64,000 bases of DNA from Candidatus Bathyarchaeota archaeon (GTDB taxonomy: Archaea > Thermoproteota > Bathyarchaeia > TCS64), in the NCBI GenBank assembly GCA_963820555.1, contig CAWGAT010000023.1:27904-91903 (forward strand), in the 5' to 3' direction. Below the pieces are notes generated by a model that was not told where the DNA came from, searched no databases, and saw only the letters and a list, made by a program, of their open reading frames with translations. Within the stretch, counting starts at the first letter, position 1; each line of letters starts with the position of its first letter. Of the stretch, positions 47,283 to 59,442 are shown in pieces. The translations under genes and the position numbers were made by a program.

Positions 47283-49154
47283 TCAAGCTATCTTCACGAG
47301 CTGCATCTCGCAAAGGCGCCTATAAAGCTCGTTTTTCTTGAGCAGCTGTGAGTGAGTCCCCTCAGCCTGGACCTCACCCTGATAGAGGACGATGATGCGG
47401 TCAGCGTCACGCACTGTGCTGACACGGTGCGTGACGATGAGGATGGTTCTATTCTCCATCTCCGCCTTCAGCGCATTCTGGATCAGCTGCTCAGTGTATG
47501 GGTCAACGCTACTCGTAGCCTCGTCAAGTATGAGTATCTTCGGGTCAACGATGAGGGCCCGGGCTAGACAGACTAGCTGGCGCTGCCCATAGCTTAGGTT
47601 GCTCCCCCTCTCACGCACCTCCTCATCGTATCCCTTAGGCAGCTTCATGATGGGCTCGTGGATGCCGACGAGTTTCGTGATCCTAAGCATATCCTCCTCG
47701 GAGGCTTCAGGGCGACCAAACTTGAGGTTATACCTAAGCGTCCCTTGGAAGAGGTAGGGCTCCTGTAGCACTATGCCCACCTTGTGTCGGAGCGACTTTA
47801 GCTTCACCTTCCTGAGATCGAGCCCATCGATCAGCACCTCACCAGCGTCCGGGTCATAGAAGCGGCCGACGAGGTTGATGATGCTGGACTTCCCTGATCC
47901 GGTGGGGCCGAAGATCGCGAGGCGCTCCCCCGGCCTGGTCTTAATGTTGATCCCCTTGAGGACCGGCTGATCCTTGACATAACTGAATTTGACATCCTTC
48001 AGCTCGATGATCCCATCGCCCTCGGGGAACTCAACGGCGTCGGGTGCTTCACTCACCTCTGGGTTGATGTCCAGCACCACGAAGATCCTCTCAGCACCCG
48101 CTAACGCACTCTGTATCCCACCGTAGAATGTGCTGATGTTGTTGATCGGGGTCAGGAAGCTGTCACTGTACTGAACGAAGGCCACAAGGTCGCCGAGGCT
48201 CCTTATCGCGGCGACGACCTGCTGACCGCCAACGAACCAGATCAGGCTGCTAATGAGCGCGGTGAAGAAGCCGACAGTGGCCTCATAGATGTTAGCGGTC
48301 ACCTCAGCCCTGTATCTGCGCAGTAGCATTAGCCTGATTCACCTTGTTGAAGTCGGTGAGGCTCCTCTCCTCCTGAGCCATAGCCTTCGTCACCTTGGCG
48401 CCGTACATGAGGTCCTGAACCTTCGCCGTCATGGAGGCGATGTTGAGCCTAGCTACCCTCCACCTGTCGCGTACGAACTTGTTCAGGGTCCTCGTAACAA
48501 TCGCTATGATCGGTGCCATGGCTATTGCCACTAGGGCGAGTTGGACATCTAAGAGGAACATCGTCGCCAGTATCGCCACGGCAGTCAACAGGTCGGCTAC
48601 GACGCCAATCATGCCCGAGGAGACAAGAGTCCTCATCGCCTCCGCGTCATTCGTGACCCTCGAGACCAGCTTGCCGGTGTTACCGTACTCGAAGAAGTTC
48701 TGGCTCAGCTTCTCCAAATGGTTGAAGAAATCCGACCTAATGTCGGCTATCATGTGGAACCCGAGCTTGTTGATGTAGTACTCCTGAAGACTCATGACGA
48801 TCCACAGCAGAACACCCACACCCACATAGACGAGTCCAGCCGATGCAATGTTCGTCCAGGCTGTCGGTGAACCGCCGCTGATGAATGCTGAGATTCCCAG
48901 GATTATTTTGGCGAGCCATTGCTCGTTCGCCTCGGGCTGGTTGCTGATGAAATTGTCTAGGGTAACCTTGTAGATAATGGCCCAGCCAAGACTAGAATCG
49001 TCTTTAAGACTATGATGAGGCCGACGCCACCGACGAGAGGCTTGTGTCGGAACATGTACTCCCTGACGATCCTCTTAACTAGCTGCCAGTCAGTGAACTT
49101 CCTCTGCGTTGACTCAAGGGAACCTACATCGTATCTTCCCGCGTACTCCGCCAT
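47283..49154 (-). CDS. ABC exporter, fused permease/ATPase (MdlB/MsbA-like), two frame breaks
   Basis: Pieces 48957-49154, 48304-48825 and 47283-48329 are collinear. The NBD has GPTGSGKSS, LSYGQRQLVCLARAL and ILILDEATS. Confidence 0.8.
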
Positions 49155-50987
49155 CAGTCATCAGCCTCCTGCTCCATGGTGAGGGTCTGTGACTCAATCA
49201 GCCTACGATACTTCTCGCTCGTCTTCAGAAGCATGTCATGCTTGCCGATAGCAGCAATATGTCCCTCATCAACCACAACAACCTTGTCAGCGTTCTCGCA
49301 TGTGGAGGCGCGCTGAGTGATTATCAACGCGGTTCGACCCTCCAGAAGCGCGTCAATGGCCTTCCGAATGAGGACCTCCGTCTCCGCATCGACGTTGCTG
49401 GTTGAGTCGTCGAGTATCAGGATCGAAGGGTTCATCAGTAACACTCTTGCGATGGCAACTCTCTGCCTCTGACCCCCGCTTAGGGTGAGTCCCCTCTCCC
49501 CAACCTCGGTTTCGTATCCCTTCGGCAGAGAGGCGATGTAGTCATGGATCTGCGCGGCCTTAGCGGCTGCGATAACCTCCTCATCCGTCGCATCTGGTTT
49601 ACCGAATGTGATGTTCTCCTTGATTGTCGTTGAGAATATGTAGATGTCCTGAAGAACGATGCCTATCTGGCTCCTGAGAGACTTTAGCGACGCCTCCCGG
49701 ACGTCGTGACCATCCACGAGAACTGCCCCAGCGGTCGCATCGTAGAACCGGGGAACAAGCTCCGTCAACGCGCTTTTACCCGAGCCGACGAAGCCAATTA
49801 TCGCCACCTTCTCCCCTGACTCGACCTTGAGATTCACATCCTTCAGAGTCTCGGCCGCGCCATAGCTGAAGGAGACGTTCCTAAACTCGATGTCACCCTT
49901 CAAGCGGGGCAGCGCAATTGGGTGCTCAGCCTCCGGCACGTCCCTGCCAACATCTACGACCTCGTAAACGCGTCGAGCACTTACCAACCCATCCTGGTAG
50001 AAATCGATGAGCCGAGCGTACATCCTCACGGGCCCAACCAGCTGGGTGAAGTATGTTCCGAAGAGCACCAATTCACCCAACGTTAGGCTGCCCCCAACTA
50101 CCAGGATACCGCCGAACACTAGGACCAAGGCAACGCCAATTGCGCTGATCACCGTGCCCGAGGGCGTGTAGGCCGCCTGTATCTTCAGGGTTCTCAAGCT
50201 CTTCTCGACGTATCCCTGATTCTCCTTCTCAAACCTGCCAGCAAAGCTATCCTCCTGGCCAAAACCCTTGATGAGTTTCTGCGCGGTGATTCCCTCGACC
50301 AGGACGCCGTTAAGGGTGTCAAACTGAGACTTTGCGGCAAGCATACGGCTCCTGACCCTCGGCAGGTAAAGCCGCGTCGCCAGGAAGATGAACGGGAGAG
50401 TGAAGTAGGGTGATGCCGGTTAAGCCCGGGTTAATGAACAGCAGGATTACGACCGCGATGACCAGCTGAAGGGTCATCCTGAAGACCTCCCTCACAGTCT
50501 CCGAGTAGAAGAGATCAATGGCGTTCATGTCGCTCGTAACTCGACTGATGATCTGACCTGTTCTGACTTGACTGAGGTAGCTGAACGACTTGTTGATCAG
50601 GGCGTTGTACAGATCCCTGCGTAGATCACGGAGAATGTTCTGGCTCAGAACTCCGCGGAAGTATCTATGGATGACGAAGAAAGCTGCCCTAATAATGGCT
50701 AGCAGAATGATAAGGCTGACAAGTATGATCAATAGACCATACCTATCCGTGACGCCGGTCCACTGTTTGACGAGTTCGAGGAACCAGTTCTTATCCCCTG
50801 GAACCGGGACCAAAACGTAGTCAATTATGAGTAGGACGAGGAGCGGAGCAAGTAAGCTGTATACGCCCTCCCTTCCGAACGCCGTGAGGTTGATCAATAT
50901 GTAGGTGCCCATGTAGGGCTTGATCTGTCCCAGTAGGCGCTTCGTCAGGTTCCAGCTACTAGGGTTATAGTCAGTCAAATTGCCCAA
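49154..50987 (-). CDS. ABC exporter, fused permease/ATPase partner subunit, one frame break
   Basis: Pieces 50319-50987 (TMD) and 49154-50344. The NBD has GFVGSGKSA, LSGGQRQRVAIARVL and ILILDDSTS. The stop abuts the next gene's start. Confidence 0.8.
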
Positions 50988-51050
50988 ACCTGACTCTAGA
51001 TAGATATATTAGTAATATATGTAGATTTTCATACTAGTGCGTGGGTTAGT

Positions 51051-51521
51051 TTGACTACGATCCTACCCAGAGAATCAGGGATAAGCCCCGTCCAGATGTG
51101 GCTCCTATTCATCCTGTCTGATGGACCGGACTACGGCTATAATCTGATTCAGCGTCTGGATCGAATGTTCTCGGGTTACTGGAAGCCTAAAGCTGGAACA
51201 ATATACCCTGCCCTGGATAAGCTCACGAATGAGGGGTTGGTATCAAGAAGCCATGAACATAGGGAGGAGGGATTGGATAGGAGAAACTACACCATCACGC
51301 CCCTGGGAGAGGAGGCCCTAAGAAAGGGGATGGATCGCTGGAGCCAAGTTATGGAGCACGTCGAACTCTACGGCGAGAGACACCGGGCTCTGAGGAGGCT
51401 TAAGAAGGAGATGCCGCGGAAGGAGCTGGCTGACGCAATTATCAGATTGGGAGAATCGATAAGAAAGTCCTCATTCGACGTTTCAGAAGTGATACCTGTT
51501 TTAGAGTCGATGGAAGATTGA
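51051..51521 (+). CDS. PadR-family transcriptional regulator
   Basis: LFILSDGPDYGYNLIQRLD...KPKAGTIYPALDKLTNEGLVS is the PadR wHTH signature. It is divergent from the ABC exporter pair. Confidence 0.85.
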   Translation: MTTILPRESGISPVQMWLLFILSDGPDYGYNLIQRLDRMFSGYWKPKAGTIYPALDKLTNEGLVSRSHEHREEGLDRRNYTITPLGEEALRKGMDRWSQVMEHVELYGERHRALRRLKKEMPRKELADAIIRLGESIRKSSFDVSEVIPVLESMED

Positions 51522-53039
51522 GTTACCTGAGCAGGTAATGTTCAAGTTCCTTTACGCTCCCGAGGGTGATGGAATGGAGATAGAGATCGAGTTAGAGTGG
51601 CCAAATAAGCAAAAACCATGAAACATTCTATAAAATACTTAGCCTGTTCCCTTAGTCCTCTCCTCTGGAGGCTTAATGTCTTTGAAGAATAAATACATCG
51701 AAGCTGCAGATGCTAACTGGAAGAATTCTGCCCCGTAAAAGGGAAATGACAGACTCACGAACTCGTAGAGGTACCCGGTTATCGCGAAATTTGTGGGGAA
51801 CCAAGCGACCGGTGAACTTTTATTCGCCGCACACATGATAGCATTTAAGCGAATATGTCGGTAATTTTGACTTAATTCACGAACAAAATCTTATTAATGA
51901 GATTAAATATTAAGACAATGTGAGGTGGGTAGTTGAGTGAAATAGAACCGGTTAATGTCGAATTGATCGAAAATAAACTAATTGAGTTGGAAAAAGCGGC
52001 TGATGAACTTAGAAGGATCATAGTGTTATCGCGGCTGAAGTGCCTTTCACTTCAATCTGAGAAAAGAGAAGTGTGCGAAAACAAATAACGCGTGCACTAT
52101 TTCCAGGGCATCCTCGGAACCTAGGAGATTTTCTCAAACTCGGCAAGGGATGTGGAGTTGGCGATAAAGAAGTAATAGGAGGAGGTGAAACGATATTGAT
52201 AATGAAGGCAACTCTTGAGTCGGTTGACCACGGAAAGACATGGAAGGTAGTTTTGATATCTGCGTTGTTCAAAGACTCCGAGAACGACGATGCAGTTGAC
52301 GAAAATCAGATACTATTCAAGAATCTAGTTAGAGAGTAAACTAATCGATTTGGAGACCAAGGTTGAGGAACTAAGAAGGATATGGTGCTGTCAGCTTTAA
52401 CCTACGATAAACACCTGGTATTAAAGAAGTTTAACCGATGATAGGTTATTCGTTCTTTTTTACGCTTCTCTCCTCGCAGTTCGTGCCTAGGCTTTATCAG
52501 CGAACCAGCGAACAACCGTCTAAGAAGTTGAGGCCCTTCACACCCCACGTCCTGTGGAGATTCTACGCGCTGAGGATAATGTCATTGTTTTTATCATTTC
52601 TGCGTTGTATGGTTATGATATTCGTTTTTTTTTGCCTCTTTTGGCTGATTGGTGTTGTTTTATGTATTCTTTTGACTTCTACCGCCAGAGAAATACTCAT
52701 CAGTGTACGCTTAATCTCATATTTTAAGAAAAGGCATTTTCATTAGACTCTTAATCGAAACGAGGTTCAAATCTAGCTTAATTAGCTAACAAAACATATT
52801 ACCTATTAAGTAATATGTTGAAAATATTTTTATGACCAAATCGGGCTCTAATTCATAAAACAATCAGGAATAAGGCGTATTTGCAAACATATTACCTAAA
52901 AATTGAGGAGTTAGTTTAAGAATTATTCATCGATAACCGTAAATACGTATTTATTCGATGGTAAACCAGCATTTATCGTTCATTGAAAGGTGTCAGCTAT
53001 GAAACGATTCGCGCGCGTATACATGGAGGTGGTAATGAG

Positions 53040-55603
53040 ATGAAAAAAGCTGCTGTTATTTTATGTTTAATTCTTATTTCTCAACATCCTACCAGCTATA
53101 GGCAGGGAGGTACACGTAAGTAGCGCGGTAACTTTTACGGCTACTGAACTACTGTGTCGTCCAACGGACCATTCAGTCACTGTCAACGTAGTTGCCGCCC
53201 AGAACATAGAAGCCTACTTTCAGGTCAGCACCACGCCTGGTGTCTATACTACCCAAACTAGTATCACCACGGCTCCTGGCGGTACACCAATACAAGTAGT
53301 GATCGATGGACTCTCCGCCAACACACAGTATTACTACCGGATGGTCTACCGAGAAGTCGGCACAAATGACTGGATATTCCGAGACGAGTACTCTTTCTCA
53401 TACCCAAAGGCCACAAGGCAGCACCTTTACCTTTACCATCATAAGTGATTCACATATGAACGGTGGTGGCGGCACCGTATCTCTGTACCAACAAACCTTA
53501 AATAACGTGCTTGCTGAACATCCTGACTTTCACCTCGACCTCGGCGATACATTTTGGATGGACGGCGTTACCACTAGCACAACAGCAAATCAACGATATC
53601 TGCAACAGCGTGTCTACATGGGCACCATCAGCGCTTCGGTTCCGATATTCGTGTCTCCAGGAAACCATGAGCAAGAAGAAGCCTGGCACCTAGATGACAC
53701 AGGCAACCCAGCGACCAGCCCGCCGGTTCTTAGTGCAAACGCCAGAAAAACATACTTCCCAAACCCCGTTCCAAATAACTTCTACTCCGGTAACACAGAC
53801 CCGTATTCCTATCTCACCGGCGACCATCTCCGTGAGGACTACTACGCCTGGACATGGGGCGACGCATTATTCGTAGTGATCGATCCCTACTGGTACACAA
53901 CCACCAAACCCTACATTGGAAACGCGGGAGGGGGAGAAACCAGTGATGTGGGATCAGGTAACAGATGGGACTGGACCCTAGGACTGCAACAATACACCTG
54001 GCTCAAGGAGACCCTACAAAACAGCAATGCCAAATTCAAGTTTGTCTTTGACCATCATCCGGTTGGAGGTGCGGAAGACTACGTTCGCGGTGGCGCTGGG
54101 CCAGCAAACCTAGTCGAGTGGGGTGGATATAACGAAGACGGAACAACATGGGGATTTAATACAGAACGTCCCGGATGGGGAGATACCCCGATTCACCAGT
54201 TAATGGTCGCGAACCACGTTACTGCCTACTTCCACGGTCACGACCACCTATATGCCTACGAGATAAGAGACGGTCTCGTCTACCAGGAAGTCCCCTCGCC
54301 TTCTATGCCCGGGTCAATGCTCTCAAGCTATTATAATGATCCATACACGATCAAGGTCTTACCCAGCCCAGGTCACATTCGCGTCACTGTCACGCCCACG
54401 CAAGCGACTGTGGATTACATCGCGACCGCTAGCGGGACCGTAAGTTACTCTTACACAATTAAAGCCAACTCCGTTAACAACCCACCGACCGCAGCATATA
54501 CTTGGACAGCGAATGGTCTTGGAGTTTCTTTTGATGGCTCCACCTCATCCGACTCCGATGGTAAAGTAGTTTCTTATGCCTGGACCTTCGGCGACACTCA
54601 GACCGGTAGTGGCGTGAACCCGTCTCACACGTATGCCTCCGCCGGAACCTATACGGTGGGACTAACCGTCACCGATGATGATGGTGCGACCGGCTACATC
54701 GAGCACGATGTGACGGTGTCCACTGCTGATGTTCCTCCAACTGCTGCGTTTACCTTCTCTCCACCCAACCCAGTGGCTGGAACAACCGTCGCTTTCACCG
54801 ACGGGTCATGGGACTCTGATGGTTCCATAGCCTCTTGGTCATGGAGCTTCGGGGATGGGGGTACGAGCACTGGGCAGAATCCGACTCACACGTACCTGAC
54901 TGCGGGAACCTACACAGTTTCCCTCACTGTGATCGATAACGGTGGGGGCAAGAGTAGCAGTTCTCAGACCGTTACGGTGGCCCCTAGTCCAACTTACGTT
55001 TTAACGATTTCTGTAAACCCCGCGGGAACTGGAACGACTAATCCAAGTGTAGATACTTACACCTATGCGACAGGATCACAGGTGACCATCACAGCAACCG
55101 CAGCGTCTGGCTACACATTTGTCAACTGGAGTGGGGATGCATCCGGCACCAGTCCCACGACCATGGTGACGATGAATTCAAACAAGAACATTATAGCCAA
55201 TTTCAAAGCCTCCACCAACATAGCTCTTAAAAAACCCGCCACTACGGACAGCTCACAGTGGGGGTGCGGACCGGCTTATGGCAATGATGGTAATCCAAGC
55301 ACCCGCTGGTGCGCGGCTAATGGGTATCTCAACCACTGGTGGAAAGTGGATCTGGGAGCCACATACCACTTGACCGGCACAGAAGTGATGTGGCAGTTTG
55401 CTAGAAATTATAAATATAAAGTGGAGGTTTCCACAGATAACATCAGCTGGACTTTGGTCGTCGATAAAACTAAAAACACAGGCTCAGCTCAGACGCAGAA
55501 GGACAGTTTTACCGCTACGGCGAGATATGTTCGAATCACGGTGACGGGTCTGCCATCCTATACTTGGGCGAGCTTCTACGAGTTCAGAGTGTTTGGAAAT
55601 TAA
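53040..55603 (+). CDS. Secreted metallophosphoesterase (purple-acid-phosphatase-like) with two PKD domains, a B-repeat-like module and an F5/8-type-C (discoidin) domain; two 5' frame breaks
   Basis: Signal peptide MKKAAVILCLILI at 53040. An FN3-like PAP N-domain (LSANTQYYYRMVY) lies in a second frame. The main ORF 53306-55603 has DSH...GDTFW...GNHE...GHDH metallophosphoesterase motifs, two copies of (F.F.S.SSD.DG.I.SY.W.FGDG..S....P.H.Y...G.Y.V.LTV.D), and a C-terminal discoidin-like domain. Confidence 0.75.
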
Positions 55604-55943
55604 GGTCGTCTAGACCATAAAGGATTGATGGCTTTCCACTTCACGCGCATACATGTGCCAATGTTAATTTGGACCTGAACCTGAAAGGGTAAGTCCGGCC
55701 CGTTCTATCTAATAAAAGTGTAAGAAACTTTTTGCCGATTTTCCAATGATAATAATAAATAGCTCTTGAAAATGAAGTTTTTTTATATAGTACCGTCGAA
55801 CTACCACATAGAACTGTCTTAAAATTGGAGATATTCATGTATTTCTCGTGATTTAATGGATTGATCCTAGATTTCTTCCTCTCATTATCATCACTATTTA
55901 CGTCATTAATCTGTTGTTTATACTCCATGCTCAATGTATTTAA

Positions 55944-57182
55944 TTAGTTACGTTTCAGGTAGAAAATGATCGCGACAAGGATCAAACCGGAGAGTATGAT
56001 CTCTGATGAATAGGCGGGTATTCCCTCAGCCTGCGCTGTATCAGGTGGCTTCACTGTACTAGTGGGCATCCGTTGTTCCCAGGTCCCACTTGATCCACTA
56101 TAACTAAGGGCCCAGGTGTCGCCGTAGGATTGAAAGTTGGGCGGAGACCCAGTGATTCCTCCAAATAGAATCATCTTGTGATTGACTCGGTCGTATGCCA
56201 TCGATGTATCTAACCGGGATGGAGGCCGAGCACTGCTTGATACTTCAGTCCAGCTGTTGGAGGCATAGTCGTAGCTCCATGTGTCGTTTCTTATGGTTGC
56301 AGTGAAGCCATTGAAACCCCCATATATGATCAGCTTAGCCTGGTCCGAGTCGTATGCCGCCGCGAGCCAGTAGCGCTCATCGGGCTTCATGGGAGTCTCC
56401 CGCATCGACCAGTTGTTCGACGCTAGGTCGTAGACCCAAACGTCGTTTGAGTAGCCATGGGTCGAGTTGCCGAAGCCCTGCTTGGTAACCCAGTGCCCCC
56501 CGAACATGAGGAGCTTCCCATTACGAGTATCATACACCATGCTTGAACCGTACTCACCGATCGCCCCGCTTGGTAGCGGCTTGCTGATGGGCTTCATCTC
56601 GGTCCACATATTAGTGGATGGGTCGAAGATCCATGTATCCCCAAGGATGACGTCGTTCTGCCCGTATCCGCCGAACATCACTATCTTCTTATTGACCTCG
56701 TCATACGCCATGGCGGCGGATTGTCGGGCGGGGGGGCTCACAGCGGGCGAGATTTGGGTCCATGTCTTCGAGCCTATGTCAAAGATCCACGTGTCGTCAA
56801 AGCGTGCCTCCCCCCACCCCCCGAAGATGATGAGCTTCTGAAGATCAGGTACGTATGCGACGGAATAGAGGAACTTAGTTGGGGAATAGGAATTCACGGC
56901 AACCTGAGTCCACGTGTTCGCGCCGTAGTCGTAGGACCACAGATCACTGTATCCCTTCCAGTCGCCCTCTTCCTGTATCCCCCCACCGTAGAGCAGGGTC
57001 CTCCCCGACGCCTGATCGAACACCATTCGCATCGCCTCACGCTTTGAGGGCGAGACCTCCGTAGAACCTGCTGAGTGAAGCGCCAGCGTTGAGGAATAGA
57101 GGAGGAGAAAAACGAAGCCAAAACGCAAAAAAGAGGCTAGTTTGAGCAATGGAAAAGGTATCTGCACCACCATCTCTCGCAC
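55944..57182 (-). CDS. Kelch-repeat beta-propeller protein, secreted with a C-terminal membrane anchor
   Basis: About six repeats of the (..G...FGG.......ND.W.YD...N.W) motif, an N-terminal signal and a C-terminal TM segment (ILSGLILVAIIFYLKRN). Confidence 0.8.
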   Translation of the reverse strand: MREMVVQIPFPLLKLASFLRFGFVFLLLYSSTLALHSAGSTEVSPSKREAMRMVFDQASGRTLLYGGGIQEEGDWKGYSDLWSYDYGANTWTQVAVNSYSPTKFLYSVAYVPDLQKLIIFGGWGEARFDDTWIFDIGSKTWTQISPAVSPPARQSAAMAYDEVNKKIVMFGGYGQNDVILGDTWIFDPSTNMWTEMKPISKPLPSGAIGEYGSSMVYDTRNGKLLMFGGHWVTKQGFGNSTHGYSNDVWVYDLASNNWSMRETPMKPDERYWLAAAYDSDQAKLIIYGGFNGFTATIRNDTWSYDYASNSWTEVSSSARPPSRLDTSMAYDRVNHKMILFGGITGSPPNFQSYGDTWALSYSGSSGTWEQRMPTSTVKPPDTAQAEGIPAYSSEIILSGLILVAIIFYLKRN

Positions 57183-57245
57183 CTCCGGTAGAGCACCCCG
57201 ATCCTCCTCACAGTGGGATCATTCGCCAACTTGACCAGAATAGAT

Positions 57246-58226
57246 TCAAAATAAACAAAACCCATGTCTCTTCACCCCATGTTTAAAACTGAACAGAATC
57301 ACCAGTCCCACACCAAGGACCAAGGCCTCGATCGGGAACCCTGGTATTACTCCCTGACCTGTTTTATCCTCTGGCTTATTTTCTTCACTTTGGGTTTCAC
57401 CCAACTTCATAGGGTATCTATCGATGGAGTTTACAGATCCATCGATCTTGTACCCACCCGTTCCCCCGTAGTCGGACCATCTGTTTCCCAGCTTCAACTC
57501 CTCGCTAAACCAAGTGTTCCCGACCCCCTCGTCTAGCGCCTGACTCTTCACCTCAAAGTGGTAGATGGAGTCCCAGTCGTAGGAGTCAATTTTCGCGTTA
57601 TCGATGAGGGTGTTATTGTAAATCCGGTTACCCTGTGAGGAGCGGATGACGAAGACGCCGTGGGCGCCGTTCCTCACTATCGTGTTGTTGACCACCAAGT
57701 TCCCGTTGGAGAAGCGTAGGCTTACACCGTGGTAACTGTTGTGACTCAGGTCGTTTCCCGCTATGACGCAGTCATTGGAGTAGTTCGTGTGGATACCCTC
57801 CGTGAATCCGGTGCAGTTATTCCCAACGACTCTGACACCGTCGGCGCCAAGCACTATCCCGCCCCCATCCCCTGTGTTTCCAGTTATGATGTTTCGATCC
57901 AGTGTCGCAGTGCCGGGAGCCACATTGTGAATCAAGATGCCGATGTAATCCGCCTTGATCTCGCACCGAGTTATAACGAAGGATGCGTGCGTGTTTACGA
58001 CCTCAATACCATTGGACATGTTGCCCCTCGAATCAACCTTGAGAGCCTCGATGATGTAGGGGTCGCCCTTCAACCCACTTCCCCTGTATCCGTATGCGAC
58101 GAAGTCGCTGTCTGAGTCAATTACGATTGGCGAGGTCTCCACCGCGGAGCAGCCAATCGGCGTATGAGAGAATAGACTCACACATGTGAGCACTGAGATT
58201 AGGAAGAATAACCGATTCAACTTCAC
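57246..58226 (-). CDS. Right-handed parallel beta-helix (NosD/PbH1-like) surface protein with PGF-CTERM anchor
   Basis: Repeated N.I.GN / N.I..N turns, an N-terminal signal, and a C-terminal GVIPGFPIEALVLGVGLVILF...KRH. Confidence 0.8.
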   Translation of the reverse strand: MKLNRLFFLISVLTCVSLFSHTPIGCSAVETSPIVIDSDSDFVAYGYRGSGLKGDPYIIEALKVDSRGNMSNGIEVVNTHASFVITRCEIKADYIGILIHNVAPGTATLDRNIITGNTGDGGGIVLGADGVRVVGNNCTGFTEGIHTNYSNDCVIAGNDLSHNSYHGVSLRFSNGNLVVNNTIVRNGAHGVFVIRSSQGNRIYNNTLIDNAKIDSYDWDSIYHFEVKSQALDEGVGNTWFSEELKLGNRWSDYGGTGGYKIDGSVNSIDRYPMKLGETQSEENKPEDKTGQGVIPGFPIEALVLGVGLVILFSFKHGVKRHGFCLF

Positions 58227-58323
58227 GACTCTCTAAAGAGGTTTAAAGGGAAAAAAATTGTTAAAGACCGTTGCTGGGAAGGTAAGATCAATTATCTTGG
58301 AGGGTAGCTTTCACTAACCCTTT

Positions 58324-59163
58324 TCAAGCCCCATCCTTTTTTCCCTGACTAAATTGCTCACGACTCTCAGCAACCTTCCGCGGGAGCCAGTCCCGCCCCT
58401 TAGACTTGGACTCTGCCCAGTAATGCTCAAAGAGGTCACTACACCACTTGTGGAACTCGGGGTCGATGGACATCAGACCCGTATAGTCGAATCGCCCGTC
58501 GAGTCTAGGGAAGCTAAGAGAGGCTACACCCTTCTCCGACATGGCTAGGAAGAAGTCGCAGCTCCTCACCGAGTGATTGATGAACTGCCCGCTCCTCAGC
58601 GCCTCATCGAGCCTTAGCGTATTACTATAATCGGGTGGAACGATAATGTCTTCGGGATCAAGGAGTCTCTGCCTGACACCTCTCTCGAATGCCCCCTCGA
58701 CGTAGGGAATAGTCGTAAGTATAAACCTGTCAGTGACCCTGAGGACATAATCAGTGGCCTCCACGTACATCTTCTCAATGTTCTTGAAGACGATCATGAG
58801 ATCGTCGATGAGCTGAGAATTACTCAGCTCACCAAGTCGCATCTGGAAGGTGAGGGGAATCCGCTCGACCGTATGTTCGAGGAAGTATTTTCGGTGCCTC
58901 GTGGAGAATTCGAGGGACTTTAATTGGATTAGGATCTGAGCAGCGTAGGGCGTAAGCTTGAGGACCCCGTCAGGGTCCTTCACCACAAGTCCTACAGAGG
59001 CAAGCCTAGAGATATGCCTGCTACACTCCTGATTCGTGATCTGGAGATCCCTAGCCAATGAGGTGATTTTGTTCCGACGTCCCTTGATCATTCGTAGGAT
59101 GCCGATGCGCTCTTCACTCGACAACTCAAAGAGGAGGTCACAGAGCTCCCCCATTTTTTCCAT
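58324..59163 (-). CDS. ArsR-type wHTH regulator with a DUF1724 (FilR1-like) C-terminal domain
   Basis: LSSEERIGILRMIKGRRNKITSLARDLQITNQECSRHISRLASVGLVVKD, then a ~180-aa domain of the type found in FilR1-like archaeal regulators. Confidence 0.7.
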   Translation of the reverse strand: MEKMGELCDLLFELSSEERIGILRMIKGRRNKITSLARDLQITNQECSRHISRLASVGLVVKDPDGVLKLTPYAAQILIQLKSLEFSTRHRKYFLEHTVERIPLTFQMRLGELSNSQLIDDLMIVFKNIEKMYVEATDYVLRVTDRFILTTIPYVEGAFERGVRQRLLDPEDIIVPPDYSNTLRLDEALRSGQFINHSVRSCDFFLAMSEKGVASLSFPRLDGRFDYTGLMSIDPEFHKWCSDLFEHYWAESKSKGRDWLPRKVAESREQFSQGKKDGA

Positions 59164-59442
59164 CCTCGGATTGATGTTTCACCTTCAGCGGTAATAAAAT
59201 GCGTGTATGTTGGTGAGGTTGGCTAACCACGTAAACCCAAAGATGGGCCACTAAGTCTAAGACATGGATTTGTTGATGTCGGAGTGATAGTAATAGGACT
59301 CTCACACATCTATAGCAAATTCATCTAAATAACGGGAGTCTTCTTTTTCACGAAGGACGTTAAGGTTTTTTAAAAAAGAATAAATTCCGGGTTTAAAGAT
59401 TTAATAGCGGTTTAATGTACTTTATTCTCCTGAAGTGATTAC

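Noticed and set aside
52438-52746. 102-aa hydrophobic ORF, plus other AT-rich ORFs (7550-7744, 25331-25534, 55641-55934, 51639-51836)
   Set aside because: They lie in AT-rich spacers with no start-site context, no homology signatures and skewed composition (F/L/I/K-rich), which is expected from random AT-rich DNA. I left them unannotated.
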